DNA of 63,397 nucleotides, the filler included, from Choristocarpus tenellus KU-1152 (Eukaryota; Protista; Phaeophyceae): NCBI GenBank assembly GCA_964200185.2. It is 10 parts of 10 records of this genome, joined end to end, with 100 filler letters (N's around TTAATTAATTAA, not from the genome) between each part and the next. Parts side by side here need not be neighbours in the genome. Positions count along the whole stretch, not along the records: positions 1 to 3,386 come from CAXNAD020020390.1; positions 3,487 to 9,813 come from CAXNAD020008384.1; positions 9,914 to 21,184 come from CAXNAD020002412.1; 7 more parts are not named here. One strand, given 5' to 3'. Both the position numbers and the translations under genes were made by a program. The notes below the pieces were generated by a model. It had not been told where the DNA came from, made no database searches, and saw only the letters and a program-made list of their open reading frames with translations. Position 1 is the first letter of the stretch; each line of letters begins with the position of its first letter. Below are positions 1 through 13,600 of the stretch, piece after piece.

Positions 1-63
1 GCATGAAAAAACTCACCTCAAATGGACAGTCGCCACCCCCCCTCCCCCCAGATACTTTAAGCC
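1..63 (+). mobile_element. MITE family C (poly-G/C-ended), right-end fragment
   Basis: AATGGACAGTCGCC-polyC-CAGATACTTTAAGCC matches the ends at 3567, 10112 and 21362. Confidence 0.75.
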
Positions 64-439
64 TTATTTTCTCTACGTTAAAATCTGTCAACGAGTTTAT
101 ATTTTGTTCAAAAACTGCTTGATCACTGTTCACATTCAGTATTTTCACTCCCATACTCAACACACCACCACAGTACTTTTTAGGTCTAATATAGACACAG
201 TTGGGGAGGCTAGGTCAACTCTATTTCACGCCCGTCTATTATGCAGTCCTTCCTTTCTCTTGGTGTGATGACTGGTGGGTCAGAAGAGATTTGATGCTGG
301 AATGAGGAAGGTGCGCGAGTCTGGAAGTGGATGGATGAATATGATCCATGAAGTTCCACCAGAAGAGCACTTCCCAAATTTACAACTGTAGGGTGCTATG
401 TGGTGGAAGTTCTTCATGCCAGATGGTTAACAAATGAAG

Positions 440-651
440 GCCGTTTTCAATCTTTTGCAATTCGCCCATATTTCTAAGGATGAAGTGCTAAGTTTGTTTG
501 AGAGGGTTATTTCTCCTATTATTGTTTGGAATATTTCGATATATGTCGAAAAAAATGTCCTACACACATTATTTCTAAAAAGTCGAATTTTCCACATATT
601 TGCGGACATTATTAAAATGCAACTCTGGTTACCTCTCGCCTACTTTGAGTC
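440..651 (-). mobile_element. MITE family B, partial reverse copy
   Basis: Reverse complement of 18443-18701; ends ...CTGGTTACCTCTCGCCTACTTTGAGTC. Confidence 0.7.
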
Positions 652-713
652 AAGATGTGTAAGAAAATTCCATATCAGTTCTGTTTCGCAGAACTCAACA
701 GCCACAAAAAAAA

Positions 714-1774
714 CTGAACTTTTCAATGGGCCAGGCAGTTATCTTATCCACTGTCAACCACACTGTCGTGGATCAATCTTTGGTCTGGTCACATTGAAAC
801 GGTCACGGTCACGTACTCAGTCATTTCCAAACTTGATTGTACATGGCTGGCCAGCAGGCTCGGTGATGTTGAGTAGTGGTAGCCATGGACTTGGTCATGT
901 TCCAACTTGGTTGTACATTGTCACCTGTTGGCCCTGGTCATGTCGAGTAGAGATAGGCATAGACTCCATAGTTTTAGAACATTTTACCTATGACCAGTCA
1001 AGTCGTGTTTTTTTGACAATCGGACCAGACAGTCATGGCCATGCCTCCCTATTTACCATTCACTGTAGTTGTATTTTGTATCCTATCCTGCTAATACTAC
1101 TACTACTATAAGTACTAAATATGATACATATAACGATATTTCAAAATTTTTCTACTTTACTATTTTTGAGACATTTGAAAATTAATATTGAATAGAAATA
1201 CACAGTCCTTATAAATTTGGTGTTTGACTGGATGAGGCGATTTGTAACCTCAAGATGTATTTTGACACTCATTGGTCAATGTTCAAATCTGCAAATAGTT
1301 AACATGTAAATTTGTAAAAAAATCCACACATACATGCCTACTGACATTCTCACTGTACATACATATACGTACGTGCATATTCAAAATTTATTTCAAACTG
1401 GGAAAGTTTGTAAAAGATTTGAAATACTACATATCTATTTTCACATACTACTAAAGCAAAACTAAACCTTTCACATGTATGTACACATTTTCGTCGTGGT
1501 CTAGTACAACACGTAGTGAACATGATCCTGACATGCCGGAAAGAATCTAGACTGGCTGGCGGCCATGGTCTGGAAATGCAAGAAAAAAATTAGACTCGCT
1601 AGCCTGCAGACAAAGGTCGATACAATTACCTAGTAGACATGATCTGGACATTCTAGAGAATGCTAGGCACAGTCCTGTTGGCAGATATGAACCAGGACAC
1701 GTTAATTAAATGTGGGACTGGTCCAGTCAGGGGACGAGGATCACTCTAATTTGCCAGTCCATTGCAAAGTCCTG
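714..1774. mobile_element. Old non-autonomous hAT-like TIR element (family D)
   Basis: Degenerate TIRs CTGAACTTTTCAATGGGCCAGGCAGTTA / TAATTTGCCAGTCCATTGCAAAGTCCTG, internal sub-repeats, and a left half similar to 19806-20250. The superfamily is inferred from the CAGG termini only. Confidence 0.6.
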
Positions 1775-3386
1775 AAAAAGTTCAGATTCTAAGAAATGTC
1801 ACTCTGGGTTTCAATGAGTGAGTTTGGGCTCTAAAGTTCCTGTGTTGGTCATGATCACGACCACAAATCAGAAATGAAATAAATAGGCTCCTCAAGGAGG
1901 GGCTAGACCCCTGAGGGGTTGTGTTACAGGCACGCTCCAAAAACTTACCTCCACAGGATGGGTAGCTCCAATTCACATATTAACGAACGTCAGCTCAGCA
2001 GAACAGGGGTACTCCTCAAATGAATCAATCAGCATAAGAAATATGTATGTTTTTCGATACCAGTAAGAGAGAGTGCTATAGGTGGGGTCTCTAGGTCAGA
2101 AGAACTGAGCTGTTTGGAGTCGTTATTAGGATCTCTTATCATCATTTATCGTTGGGGCTTCTTTGGTTTACAGGCATTGGAATATATATGAGAACCCTTG
2201 CGACCTTTCCCGAGTTACAGATTTTATTCTACAACTTTTTAGCAAATCGGAGTTCCACCTTTTGGGGTTCCCCACGCGCGTACACTGCTTGCGCCGGTTA
2301 AAGCGCAGGAAGAAATACTCGCGCTATTCGCCTGTAACAGTTGTGTCAGAGAGGGCAGGGGAGGAAAGGAGGGTTTGTGGCGTGACTCCTTGTGTCTTTG
2401 CTGTCGAGGGAGGTCATAATCATACAGACACAGGAATGTACAGGAATTGCTTGCTTTTACACAGTGAGTACGTGAGAGATAAAAAGGCACATGTAGAGAG
2501 CCAGTGCTGGTAACATGTTTTTGCTGTTCGGGATTTTTGATTGGGAAGGAGGTATGCACGTACTCGTGAGTGAGGCCTACACACAAGGAAGAAAGGCGGT
2601 AGAGGTAAAGATGTGAAGTAGGATGGTGAAGTATAGGTTGCGTAGAAATGTCCAGCATGTGTAATAATAGGATGAAAGGTTGAAACATGTTGGAAAGTGT
2701 ACGGACGGTAATTACTTTGTTTTCTACAGTACGTACATGAAAAGGAGCCAAAGAGCTGGTGCAGGTGAGTTCCTATTTTAAAAGATGTTGTGATGTATGC
2801 AGGAACTTCTGGGTAATTTGGACTTGTGTTGTAGTACTCTACACACTCAATGCTCCTAATAATACACATGAAGGAGGAAATATCTGTAGCAAGATAGCGT
2901 GACTGGAATGATTCATGAGTGATGGATAGTAGGAGTATAAGAATATCACGTTATTGTAACACCATTGTCTTCAACAAAATTGAACCATAGCGACTGAATG
3001 GCTTTCCAGCATCAAGGTCAACATTATTACTATCAATCAGTAGTACTGCATCTGTAGGTGTTCTACTTCAAAGTAAGTATGTGTTATCTACCTCCTACCC
3101 CCAAAATAACTGGATATGCTCTTGTTTCTGGGGGTGTCTTGAGTGCGATTGAGAAGTTGCTTTAACACACCAACACAAGCGGTGCATTCCATCCAACTCA
3201 ATGATCACATCCATTCTTGACGTAAACTCCTTCTGTGACGCAACATTATCTATGTCCTGTCTTCCCCTTTTTGCTTTGATGTGTTACACATGAAAAAATA
3301 TACTCCGATTAGCATCACATCATCAAAGTGATAGTTTATGAAGTAATCTGAGTTTTGTGGGCGGGAGAATTCTGGTTGGCTGGGGG

Positions 3387-3486
3387 NNNNNNNNNNNNNN
3401 NNNNNNNNNNNNNNNNNNNNNNNNNNNNNNTTAATTAATTAANNNNNNNNNNNNNNNNNNNNNNNNNNNNNNNNNNNNNNNNNNNN
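3387..3486. other. Artificial contig linker N44-TTAATTAATTAA-N44 (also at 9814-9913, 21185-21284, 25282-25381, 34536-34635, 42010-42109, 45937-46036, 52813-52912, 60456-60555)
   Basis: The identical 100-bp structure occurs nine times; TTAATTAATTAA puts stops in all six frames. Confidence 0.98.
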
Positions 3487-3567
3487 CCGATGTATGCAAC
3501 CAAATCACCCAAAAATCGCGACATGAAAAAATGGACAGCCACTACCCCCTCCCAGATACTTCGAGCC
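3487..3567 (+). mobile_element. MITE family C, right-end fragment at gap
   Basis: ATGCAACCAAATCACCC...ATGGACAGCC...CCCAGATACTTCGAGCC. Confidence 0.75.
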
Positions 3568-4298
3568 AATTTGTAGGCACCGCTTTTCACACAGATGCGT
3601 CATCTATGTCCGACCCAATTCCTCAATCTGAGTTAGGGTTACTTTATGCCATACTTGGAAAACATGTTTGTACCTGGTGTGAAGTTATCCTCATCTTCCC
3701 TTTTTTGCTACCTTTACTTCAAACTGTCAGTGATAATGCTACTACAGTATCATGGCGGACATCACTTTGTTAGTGTGTACAATAAGTTTGACTGCATCAA
3801 TTACATACTTCAGTCAACTACTCCAGTACATAGTAGATGGACCACGGCCATAGCTGCCCTGCCGCCACAGTGAGCATCGGAACATTAGGTATTGTTTTTC
3901 CGACGTCCCCATGTGGCAATCAATTACGATAACTGATTCTGTGGCAACAAAGAAATCACCTCGTACATGCATACACACAAATACATCCCCACTTCCTTGT
4001 TTGCCCCTCAAATATTAGTATATTTCAAGAATCAGGATCTCAGCAGTCTGAAAATTTGAACCTGCAGGTGTCAATGCGAACGAATGTGTTCCTTTGGGAA
4101 TGCTTATTAAACAGGTTTACGTTGTTTGCGTACAAATTTAAGGGGGGGTTGTGTTCCCTGTGTATGTATACTCTGAGCATATATGCGTGATTGTGCGTTC
4201 CAAAATGGTAATCCCACCACCGTTGTATCCTCAGAAGGGCATTGCCTGCCTAAACACTCACTGTGGTTGTAAACATGACTTCAACCTCTCAAACATTT

Positions 4299-5868
4299 TC
4301 ACCACGCTGTGGCGCCACATGCTAACCACCGATCCACCTGTTGTCGTTTTCTACTCCTCTGATCCGCAAGGTGTCGCTCCTTTTGCAATGATGCAGTGGC
4401 ATCTGACCAATTTTTTAATGTTCGTCGTAGAAAAGCAATCCTCCCAACAGCTGATGCTTTTTTCTCTCTTCTGCTTCTGATGTCAGCTTGGAACATAAAA
4501 GCACTTCGCCAACTGGACCAATGTTGTTCTACCCGTGCACAGTCTTTCTTTGCCTGAACTTGGACTGCGCTAGCTTGCAAGATATTGATATGGCGGCACC
4601 AGTGGACCCATGCAGGTCTTTGCATCTCCTGTTCCAGTAAGCTCAAAGCCGCCCCAAGCTGTGAGCAAAGTACGAGAGTACAATCAAGTCAAAATCGTAA
4701 CAGTTTGATTCTTGTTTTTCTTTGACCATCAATAGTGTGTCGTGATCATATGTATACAATCTATTTGGAGATAGTGTTCTACACTGCTTTCTTCTCCTCA
4801 ATAATCTAAATCCACACACCTGATGTTTTTGAAGGGTCATCCTTGCTACCCTCCTCTTCTCCACAAGGAATGTCCAGCAATCCCATGAGGACTGCATGAT
4901 GGTGTACTGGTAGAATCGCTGGGCTTTGATGGCCTGCACCCTTGCTTTATCGATGAGTCGGCACCATGGACGCCACCCATAGTTCAACATAGTTAACTTG
5001 TTACCATGGTCTTTGGCAACTCTCCACCTTGCACGAGCTGCTTGTTTCGCAATCTGTGCCTCTAACACTCGTTTCGATGCGAACTCCTTCGTTTGCTCTT
5101 CCTTTCGACGCACTGACACCATTTCCGCTAGCTCGCGAGCCTCTCTGATCTCTGTGACCCGCTTTTTTTCTCTCCTATGCCAAGCAAGAGCTGCTATCTC
5201 ACGTGAGCGTTGAGTATTGCGGTGATCCATGTTTTGCCCAATCATATGGCGTGGATGAATTTCCCTGTGGGTTGGTAAATCCTGACCTTTTTTTATCTGT
5301 ATGGTTAGCATAATATATACATGGTTGTCAGGAACCACGGATGATTCCCGAAGATACCTCTCAAGATATACGCACTAGGGTACGAGTTAAGGTCAAGCAA
5401 CCAACGGAAAACAGTAGCAGAATGATGACTATTCTATAGAACGCATTACAGTGGTAGTGCCATAATTTGCAAACATATTTTCTAGACACAGGTATCTCCT
5501 ACTTCAACTCAGGGAAAAGGAGAGTTGTAAGTCCGGCACTCTCTCTCTAGTGCAGTGAAATGCCGCATGTTGATATTATACCAATGGCAGAGGTACATGT
5601 CAACTCAAAATATCATACTACTTCATGGTATAGAAAGCCCTTGATCGTTCTAATCCCTCAACCTCGGGAATGAAATATGCAATGAATGGAGTCGATTTCA
5701 TATTTTCGGGTGGGGAAGGGGCTTTTTGGATATAGAACTAGCACTTACGTGAACAGCTGCTGCCTTTATCTTTTCCTGTCGATTGAAGTGCTGCCTGGCC
5801 ATGGCTCGCTCAAGCTTCGCTGTTCCCAAAGCCATACTCCACTCAAGAAAACACCTAGAAACTATCTC
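4299..5868 (-). CDS. CCDC191-like coiled-coil/Sfi1-like-repeat protein, 3' part; exons 5868-5749, 5296-4820, 4658-4299
   Basis: In-phase GT-AG exons. EIVSRCFLEWSMALGTAKLERAMARQHFNRQEKIKAAA, AKDHGNKLTMLNYGWRPWCRL...AQRFYQYTIMQSSWDCW and the C-terminal RSRKRQQVDRWL follow the order of motifs I recall from CCDC191/KIAA1407. 5' exons not found. Confidence 0.72.
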
Positions 5869-6131
5869 CTGCATTATTAACACAAGTAGAGAATTCAGAT
5901 CAACAGAATGCACATGCTACTCCAAGATTTAAATCCTGTATTTGTCCCATACACCCCAAATCCATCAAAGAAAATATGAAGGATTTGTATTGTGAAACCG
6001 ATTCAAATGCCCTCCAAGGATTAGAAACATCACCCTTCAAAACGATATCTAAATACGAAGAAGTTGCAAGGTGTGAGGTGTCTAGTGTATGGTTGAAGAG
6101 AACAGTACCGTAAGGTAGCTATATCCCTGGT

Positions 6132-9100
6132 ATGTTACAAAGGCTATTTGTTGCTGTGCAAGTAGCTTCTCATAAAGCGTGCCGATGGATATTGCGCATC
6201 GTCACAGGGAAAGGGGAGCTCCAGCGTGTCTGTGCAAGGAAAACCTCGGTTGCTTTGGCTCGCAGGGTTGCGGTCTCTCTACATCATTCTCAGCATCTTA
6301 ATATCAAATCGAAGATACTATTTGGATCAACCCCCTTCGCTGTCAAAGATGTGCTGGGAACTATTGCTGGTGTCGAGAACATTCCGAAGAATGAGGTGCC
6401 CAAGTTGGGATGGTGCTTGGAGGTAGGTGTGGTATCATCACGAGGCGTGATTTACGGCCTACGACCCGGTGTTTCAAGTCCAGTCATTCTTTCTGACAGA
6501 GGCACGATAATAGTGAAATGATAGAAAAAAGGCTGTAAGGAACGGACGGAGGCAATAAGGATGGACAAAATGTAAATACCACCATTTAGAAACTGTAGAA
6601 GTTGTGGTAAAATGGATTATCCAGAAGCCTTTCTATCTTCATCTTCGTCACTCCTCTTTCCTCCCCCATGTGTTGGAAGATCATGTCCAGCGTTAATGCT
6701 CTCCACGAGAGGGTGGAGACTCTACAGCGAGAGACCTTCAATGCCAACGACACAAACCACACGGAACTATTGAACAGGCTTTGGAATGCCCTCAAGCCGG
6801 AAATACGCCGCACTGGACCATCTGATTGGAGTGAAATTGGCTTTCAGAATGGTGCAAAGCCTGAAACAGACTTCCGTGGAATGGGAATGCTCGGTGAGAG
6901 TATTATTCTCGCTTTGTTGTGCGATCGAATAAGATACTCGTGTCGATCTTGTGGTTAACTGATAAGCATAACCTTGATACCAGAAACACTTTCGACCATC
7001 ATTAATAGGTCTTCACCAACTGGTCTACTTCGCCGAGAACGAAAGCAGGGAAGCTCGGGATGTCTTGATGGAGTCGTGCAACCCGAAACGATATTTTCCG
7101 TTCGCAGCTACAGGTTTGTCAGATGTGGTGTTAGGAAACCCAGCAGCGTGGCAGTCAACAGTTGACAGACTACACCTGAGCCCCATGGCTCTTCTGTTAT
7201 TCGATTTCTCCAATATTGTCTTCAGCCGTTTCCCTTGAGTAGTTGCAGAGCAAAAGGCTGTCGCTTTTGTCCCCCAGTTTTGTCCCCCACTCCTCAATCC
7301 CACGAGGTGGCCTCATCGGACTCCAACATCAGATTTCTGTACTGCACCACACAGTGACCACCAAAATTGGAACATACTTGATTTTCCTGCCGATAATGTT
7401 TTTAATAAGAAGAAAGAAACTTCTTGTGACTTGTAGCGATTTTTTAATCAAGTCAAGTCGTGATCGATAGAAAGCCAAGTTCCAACCAACAGATCATTCA
7501 GTTATTTTTTATTCTACCATGGCATGTGCGGACTGCAATAGCATGCATATTAACACCGACTAGTCCATGAACCATCAGTGTCACCCAGTGGGGTTCCTAC
7601 TCTGAGGATGTGGGGTTAACTATCTCGATCCTGAGGATGGCACGGACCCATCTGCCACGTACACCTTCTAATCTAAGAAGGATATATTGGCAAAGGAGCC
7701 GAAGGGTGAGGTGAAGATGACCAAGAGCCTCACATGACCCAAGTTGAGCTTACAAATGAGCTGCAAGAATTGAAACTTGCGAAGGAACAGCAAAAGTAAA
7801 GCCCCTTCCAAGTTGAGGGTTGAAGTATGGCACTTCTCTAGAGCGTACACAGTAGGGATATTGTGTAATCTAGCTCTATCTCCATTTGTGTAGAAAAAGG
7901 ACCCCTCTCTAAAAAGCCGAGAACACTAGACCAGGCTATTCAAAAGTCAACGGGAAATCCAAGAAATAATCTCCAGTAGAGATGAAAGCCCAGGGAAAGG
8001 AAATAGTTCTTGATTCGGAGGAGACCAGGAAGGACTCTTTTGTAAAGGCTCAAGGACCAGAGTGGGCCACACACTTTCCCTTGCCGAGCCGATTCATTGT
8101 GGTGGACAGTCATATGTGCAAATATCTCTTGAAAATCACATCAAGGTAGCGTTTCCAGTGGAGGGGCGCATAATAGCCAGCAGCTCAATTATTTTTTTTT
8201 CCCGTGTCTGGCTAGGTTTCTCACCGGCCAGGGGTGCCTTACCACCTTGCAGCGCTCTGCTCCTCACCCTTTGCATTTTGCAAACATTCAGATTGCAATA
8301 GTGCGCACGAGATATTTTCAAGCAGTTTTTTTTTTTTGTTTCTGAGTTCTTTCGATTCAAAGTGCTAATTTAAATAGAAAAAAAGAGAGTTTTTGAATGG
8401 TTATGTGGTTATTATCCCCCTGGTACAATTGCTCCTCAGAAATTACCTGTGTCCCTGATCCTCGAGATCTGCAATCATCGAGAAGTGAAAACCGCTTCCC
8501 ACGCACCCTCTGCTCAGTCTCTTCCATGGCCACCGCCCTGCACATCTAGGGGTCAACATCACCAAGTTTGTGGTTAGCTTGCTGGAGCAAAGGCAACTGG
8601 ACTTCCGATTGTATGAGGCGATTTCCCCTCTCATGAATGACACCGGTGGTCAATCTCCAAACGCGGAATCTTGGCCAGAGGACCCGACCTTGATGGATGC
8701 GGCACTTGTATCGTTTCACAGATTTTTCGGTGAGTCACTGTTGTGGTGGTGGAGATGTAGATTCACTCTCAGCATTGTGCGATCTGTTCTGCTTGAGCCA
8801 AGCCTAGAAACTCGCCGCAACAGTGACTGCAGGCTTCGTGATGATCTTCTACCGCCTGCTCTGCTGCTTCTGGGTCATGAATGTGTCAACCTTACATTAG
8901 TACTATCAATACTATTCACGCTACTACTACTACTACTATTACTGATTTGTTTTTTGCTCTTGGTTTTCAGGAAGTGCTGCATAGGTAGCAAGTGGCTAGC
9001 AATGCGAAGGAGTAGGTTTGTTGCATGGCATATGCACGGAGTTAAGACAGTTCACGTATGTCTGTGCCCTCAGGTGCAGGTGTAGCCACTCGAGAGCTTG

Positions 9101-9228
9101 CCCCAGTGGCTGCAATATAACTTGAACATTCAGATCACTCTCCCTCCATGGCATTAGCCTTTTGCAGCCACAAGACGAGAATCAATGGAGAGCTCTTCTC
9201 GCCCTTGAGGTCATGTGTTGAGGCTGCG

Positions 9229-9262
<34 letters not shown>

Positions 9263-9446
9263 GACAAAGACACTCACTCACTCACTATAATGCCTCTTGC
9301 CTTACGCCTTCACAGGTGAGGTATTTGTGCGTTTTTCTCTTCGTTGGCGAGAGAGTGAACCGGAAAATGTATTTTCCTTTCCAACCATATTTGAGGCTCT
9401 GAAGAACGAGATTTTTTTGGAGGTGCCAACTCCTTTCATTGAGTGA
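6132..9446 (+). CDS. ELMOD: ELMO/CED-12 domain protein (ELMOD family, ARF/ARL GAP); complete 5-exon model 6132-6422, 6680-6893, 7009-7113, 8550-8729, 9316-9446 (306 aa)
   Basis: All splice phases are consistent. Hallmarks: WILRIVTGKGELQR, LLNRLWNALKP, WSEIGFQNGAKPETDFRGMGMLGLHQLVYFAE, YFPFAATGVNIT, FHRFF, FSLRWRESEPENVFSF. Confidence 0.93.
7600..8120 (+). pseudogene. Possible heavily decayed retrotransposon gag fragment in ELMOD intron 3
   Basis: Purine-rich, stop-ridden pseudo-coding text; CCAGGAAGGACTCTTTGTAAAGGCTCAAG loosely resembles 46053-46097. Confidence 0.3.
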
Positions 9447-9916
9447 CTGAGAACAAAGATGGAGAAGAACACGCCTGACTCGGTACTGGGACTACCCTGT
9501 CTGCGTTACAGAAGGAGACTGGCTGCAGGGGCGTGCATACACACCTCCCCAGGAAACTGAAAAATTGTACTACATAGTGTTGATACTATCAGGATGTTGT
9601 ACAAAGTGCATCGGAGAGGGAGGTTGTTGGCAGGGGATTGCTACAGCCGGCGAACAAACTGAGCTGAACTGAACTGAACTTTAGGCTCATTTTTATTAAT
9701 GTGATGTGTTTTGTTGGTCTGCCCCCCCCCCCCCCCACTCTTTTGTGTATTTGTCGTGGCTGATTGAGTAAAGTGCCTTGATCTACACCGCCATTGCTTC
9801 TTGAGGGGGGTTTNNNNNNNNNNNNNNNNNNNNNNNNNNNNNNNNNNNNNNNNNNNNTTAATTAATTAANNNNNNNNNNNNNNNNNNNNNNNNNNNNNNN
9901 NNNNNNNNNNNNNTTT

Positions 9917-10112
9917 GGGTTTAAGATATGGGGGGGGGGGGGGGGGGGGGGGGGGTCTACACCAGGGTGGTTGTATTCGGGCCCTGACCAGAAGAAGTGC
10001 TATTACATTATCCATCCGGCCCATGCAACCAAATTCACCCGAAAATGGTGATATGGAAAAATGGGTCCCGAATGGACAGCCGCCACCCCCCCACACACGC
10101 ATACTTTGAGCC
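9917..10112 (+). mobile_element. MITE family C, full copy, inserted into a family-B copy
   Basis: GGGTTTAAGATATG-polyG ... polyC-ATACTTTGAGCC, flanked by TTT/TTT. Confidence 0.75.
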
Positions 10113-10320
10113 TTTTCATTCTAGAAGGTTTTTCAGTCTTTGCAATTCAGCCATACTTCTATGGATGAAGGGCTAACTTTGACCTGAAAGCATTGATTTC
10201 TCTTTTGCTTGAAAATTTTCAACAGACCTCAGAAAATATCATACATGCATCTGTACAAAGGCCTGATTTTGCACATACCTGTTCGCACCTTTAAAATGTA
10301 ACTCTAGGTACCTCTCGTTA
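10113..10320 (-). mobile_element. MITE family B, partial reverse copy
   Basis: Reverse-complement similarity to 18443-18701, ending CTAGGTACCTCTCGTTA. Confidence 0.65.
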
Positions 10321-10617
10321 AGCAATATTACAATATATGGTGGCAAGAAGCATGGAAAGCAGTAAGATGTTGTATTGTGTAAAAAGTGGAAAGGTAGTCC
10401 CAATAGACCAGGGAAATAGTTCTGAATATAGAATGAAGATGCTATTTCTTTCTCTGATATAACAAACACAATAGGTCATATGCCATATTTTCCTGCAACA
10501 TCACAAATCAGAGTACAACTGAATAGATCGCTGGTTTCTCCCTGGTGAACTGTTTTACCTGCACGGTGATACAAAAGGGTGTCAATGGAAGATGGCACAG
10601 CAATGGATTATGCACGT

Positions 10618-13600
10618 TTACCTGCGAGAAATTGCCTGCTGAATCAGCACTTGCTTGACTGCCTCGGCCTTCTGTTGCCTCTCCTCTTCCATCCTCTCCC
10701 TTGTCACCAAAATCTTGGCTTCAATGCTCTGATTATAGTTATGGTTGTGGGAGCATTTGATGTATTGCTTATTTGCATGCCAGAAATTTCCCAACCATGT
10801 ATTGTAGATGCAAACTGTTGCATATTCAGGATTACTAGATCTGTTAGTAATACTAACAAAGATATTATTGATAGCGCTAGGTCTGCTGGTCAACCATCTT
10901 GGTATTTTGGAGGGGAAAAAAAATGTTGGCAAATATGATACAGCCAACCAACGGTAAAGGGAGAAGAGCCATCACTACCTTATCATGCAAGAAGACATAT
11001 TTCTCATGGGCAATAGAGCTTTAATCTGAACTACAGCTAGAATCAGCACCCCTCTGGTACGGTATGTTCATCAAACATGGGTGCATGGTTTTTGGTGCGG
11101 CAATTATGTGCTTACAAGTACATCATTGTTGAGGGTCTTTGCCTCTGCCTCTAACTCTTTCTTTCTGCGTTGAATTTCGGAAATCGTGTTCTTAGATGCT
11201 TCCTTTTCAACGTGGTGAACACGCTCCAGCTCTTGTTGGAGATCAGTGATGCCCTTTAGGGTAGAGGCCGCCTCCTTGCGCACCTCTGGCAGTATAGAAA
11301 GACAAGAGTAAGAGAGTTAGAATCAGATTGGTGAAAAGTCACTCACCTAGAGAATTGTCTGTGTGTGTGTGTGTGTGCTGCTGGAAGCTGTACTAGATTC
11401 CCATTCCTATCCAGGGCCTGACCCCATCCCAGGCACTTTCCATCCTATGGGGGACCACATTATCTTCAATTAAAATGAGGTATTGATCCACCTTCAACTG
11501 AAAGTAGCAATAGCTGAAGGCATCGAGACAATTTTGGCACATTTGAAATACGTTCAAAACATAAAGTTCGATTTGTAGAGGCTACGTGATAGTATCGTAC
11601 TTTGAGGATATTTCTTCAAGGAAGCACTACAATTGCTTCTACTATCTAGCCGTCCAGGGTGCTATCGAAAGCAAAACATTTCTTATGTGGTATCGAGTCC
11701 ATATATCACAAACAACTCTCTCCATATCGCTAGTCACAACCATTACTTCTTGAATTAGTTGCAGTGAGGGAAACACTTGCATTGGCAACACACGTTTGAC
11801 TTGGCTCAGTATCTGCCAAGAGGAAGCAAGTACACTAAAAAGGTACATATCATGCTTCGAAATAGGAATTTTATAACATACCAAATATCCTATATAAAAC
11901 AAGCTTCCCATTCCGAACACATCCTACTGATCTTAAAGTTGCAAAAATGTCAAACATGAATTCAAACATGTCAATTTATCTTTGTGCAAGAAAGATTTGC
12001 CAATTTACAACATTGTTGATAGACCATCTTGTGTATAGTACTGACCCTCCACAGCCGCCATCTTCTCTTGAAGTTGCACCACAGTTGCCTTGAGGAGTGC
12101 AAGAGTCCCAACAACTCGGGTCCTGTCATTGGTAAGCTGTGTTTCCTCCTGTAAGAGCAAGATAGGGTGAGATTGAAAGCCAATTTTGCATGTTCCTGAT
12201 GTGTTCATATCAAGTGTTGTAACAAGCAACTTTTCGTGATTGCATTAGAAGGTTCTGTGATGGACTAAAAAGGGACTTGATCTCAGAGGAGAGGGACACA
12301 GCACTGCCTTCCAGGTTTCATATTTTTATTTGACTGGACAATCAGACTCGATAGAGTTCCACATGAAATATAAAAAATGTAGGAAGACAATTAATGCATT
12401 TCGGTATACTCTTGAGTACTACAGAAGTTTGTTATCGATTTTAGTACAATGTATATGTGGCCATTGCAAATGCAGACAATACTGAAGCCATGTGAAAAGC
12501 AGAATATCAGTCATTGACTGAGCATTTTTTAGTATCCCCAGCAAACAAACTATGCTCATACACACAGTTGATGCGGGTGAACTTGACACTTCTGGACTCT
12601 TTTATTAACTCTCGAGACACAGCTACAGAGCAGCATGATCATGTCACCCAACCTTGCTTAAAGCTTCAATCTCCTGAGCAAGGGCTTGAAGCTTCCTGGA
12701 TGATTCTTCTTTCCCACTCTGCGTTTCATGCACCACCTCCTCCGTGTGAGCTCTCACTTTAGCCCCTCTAGATCTGTGAAAGTAGCAAACAAAATACAAA
12801 ATATCTACTTCAGTTTTTTGTATATGTTGTCCCGCTGCAAAACCTACTATTTCACTTACGCAAAACACATAGGTTAGATGGTTTTGATAATGTTTATAGA
12901 TGATGTTGATAGCTGTACCTACACCAATTTCCTGTCACCAGCAGTATCATATGTCTAAAAATGACTTGGACGGCACTGGAAATTAATGATAAGTGTAGAC
13001 CAGCAAGAACTATAGGAAACCTTCTGCTACACTACGTCACAGGTAGGTTATTTCAGCTATAAGATTTATATTGGTAAGCAAACCATGCAGAAAACAAACT
13101 TGAGTGTGGCGATGGACGCTGTAAGTTGCTTGTGCTCTTTTTCTCTTGAGTTGAACTCTGGCTGGTTCACACAGTGAGAATTGATGAGACTTTTAGTTGT
13201 TGAGACCCGTGCAGAAAAGGCTTGTAGAGCTCTCTCCTTCTCCCTGAGAAGCCTATTCGTATCCTCAACCTGTAAGGTTTATTGTGTTGTTATATATTGA
13301 TACGCTTTGAAAAAATCACTGGGGTTAGACTGAGAACAAGACTACCTGAAAACAATACAAGATCAAAGTGTTTTCATTATCAAGGACAAGTGACAAGAAC
13401 ATACTTCTGACATTCAGTAGTAGTAATATTGGGCGTAGAGCTTTGCTGTTAAACATTTCATTCTGATGTATACCTACAACGTATACCTGATGCAGAAACA
13501 CAGTCTCTACCACAAGGAGCTCTCTATAGTAAGTTGTTCAGAGTTTGTTCAAACAGGGTACAATACTCTCCAATGCATGGCAAAGAACCATTAGCCTGGA

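Noticed and set aside
434-1111. 225-aa ORF
   Set aside because: It spans a family-B MITE and a family-D element; a chance open frame in repeats.
2173-2300. Possible exon GIGIYMRTLATFPELQILFYNFL
   Set aside because: It has a plausible acceptor but no partner exons or recognisable family.
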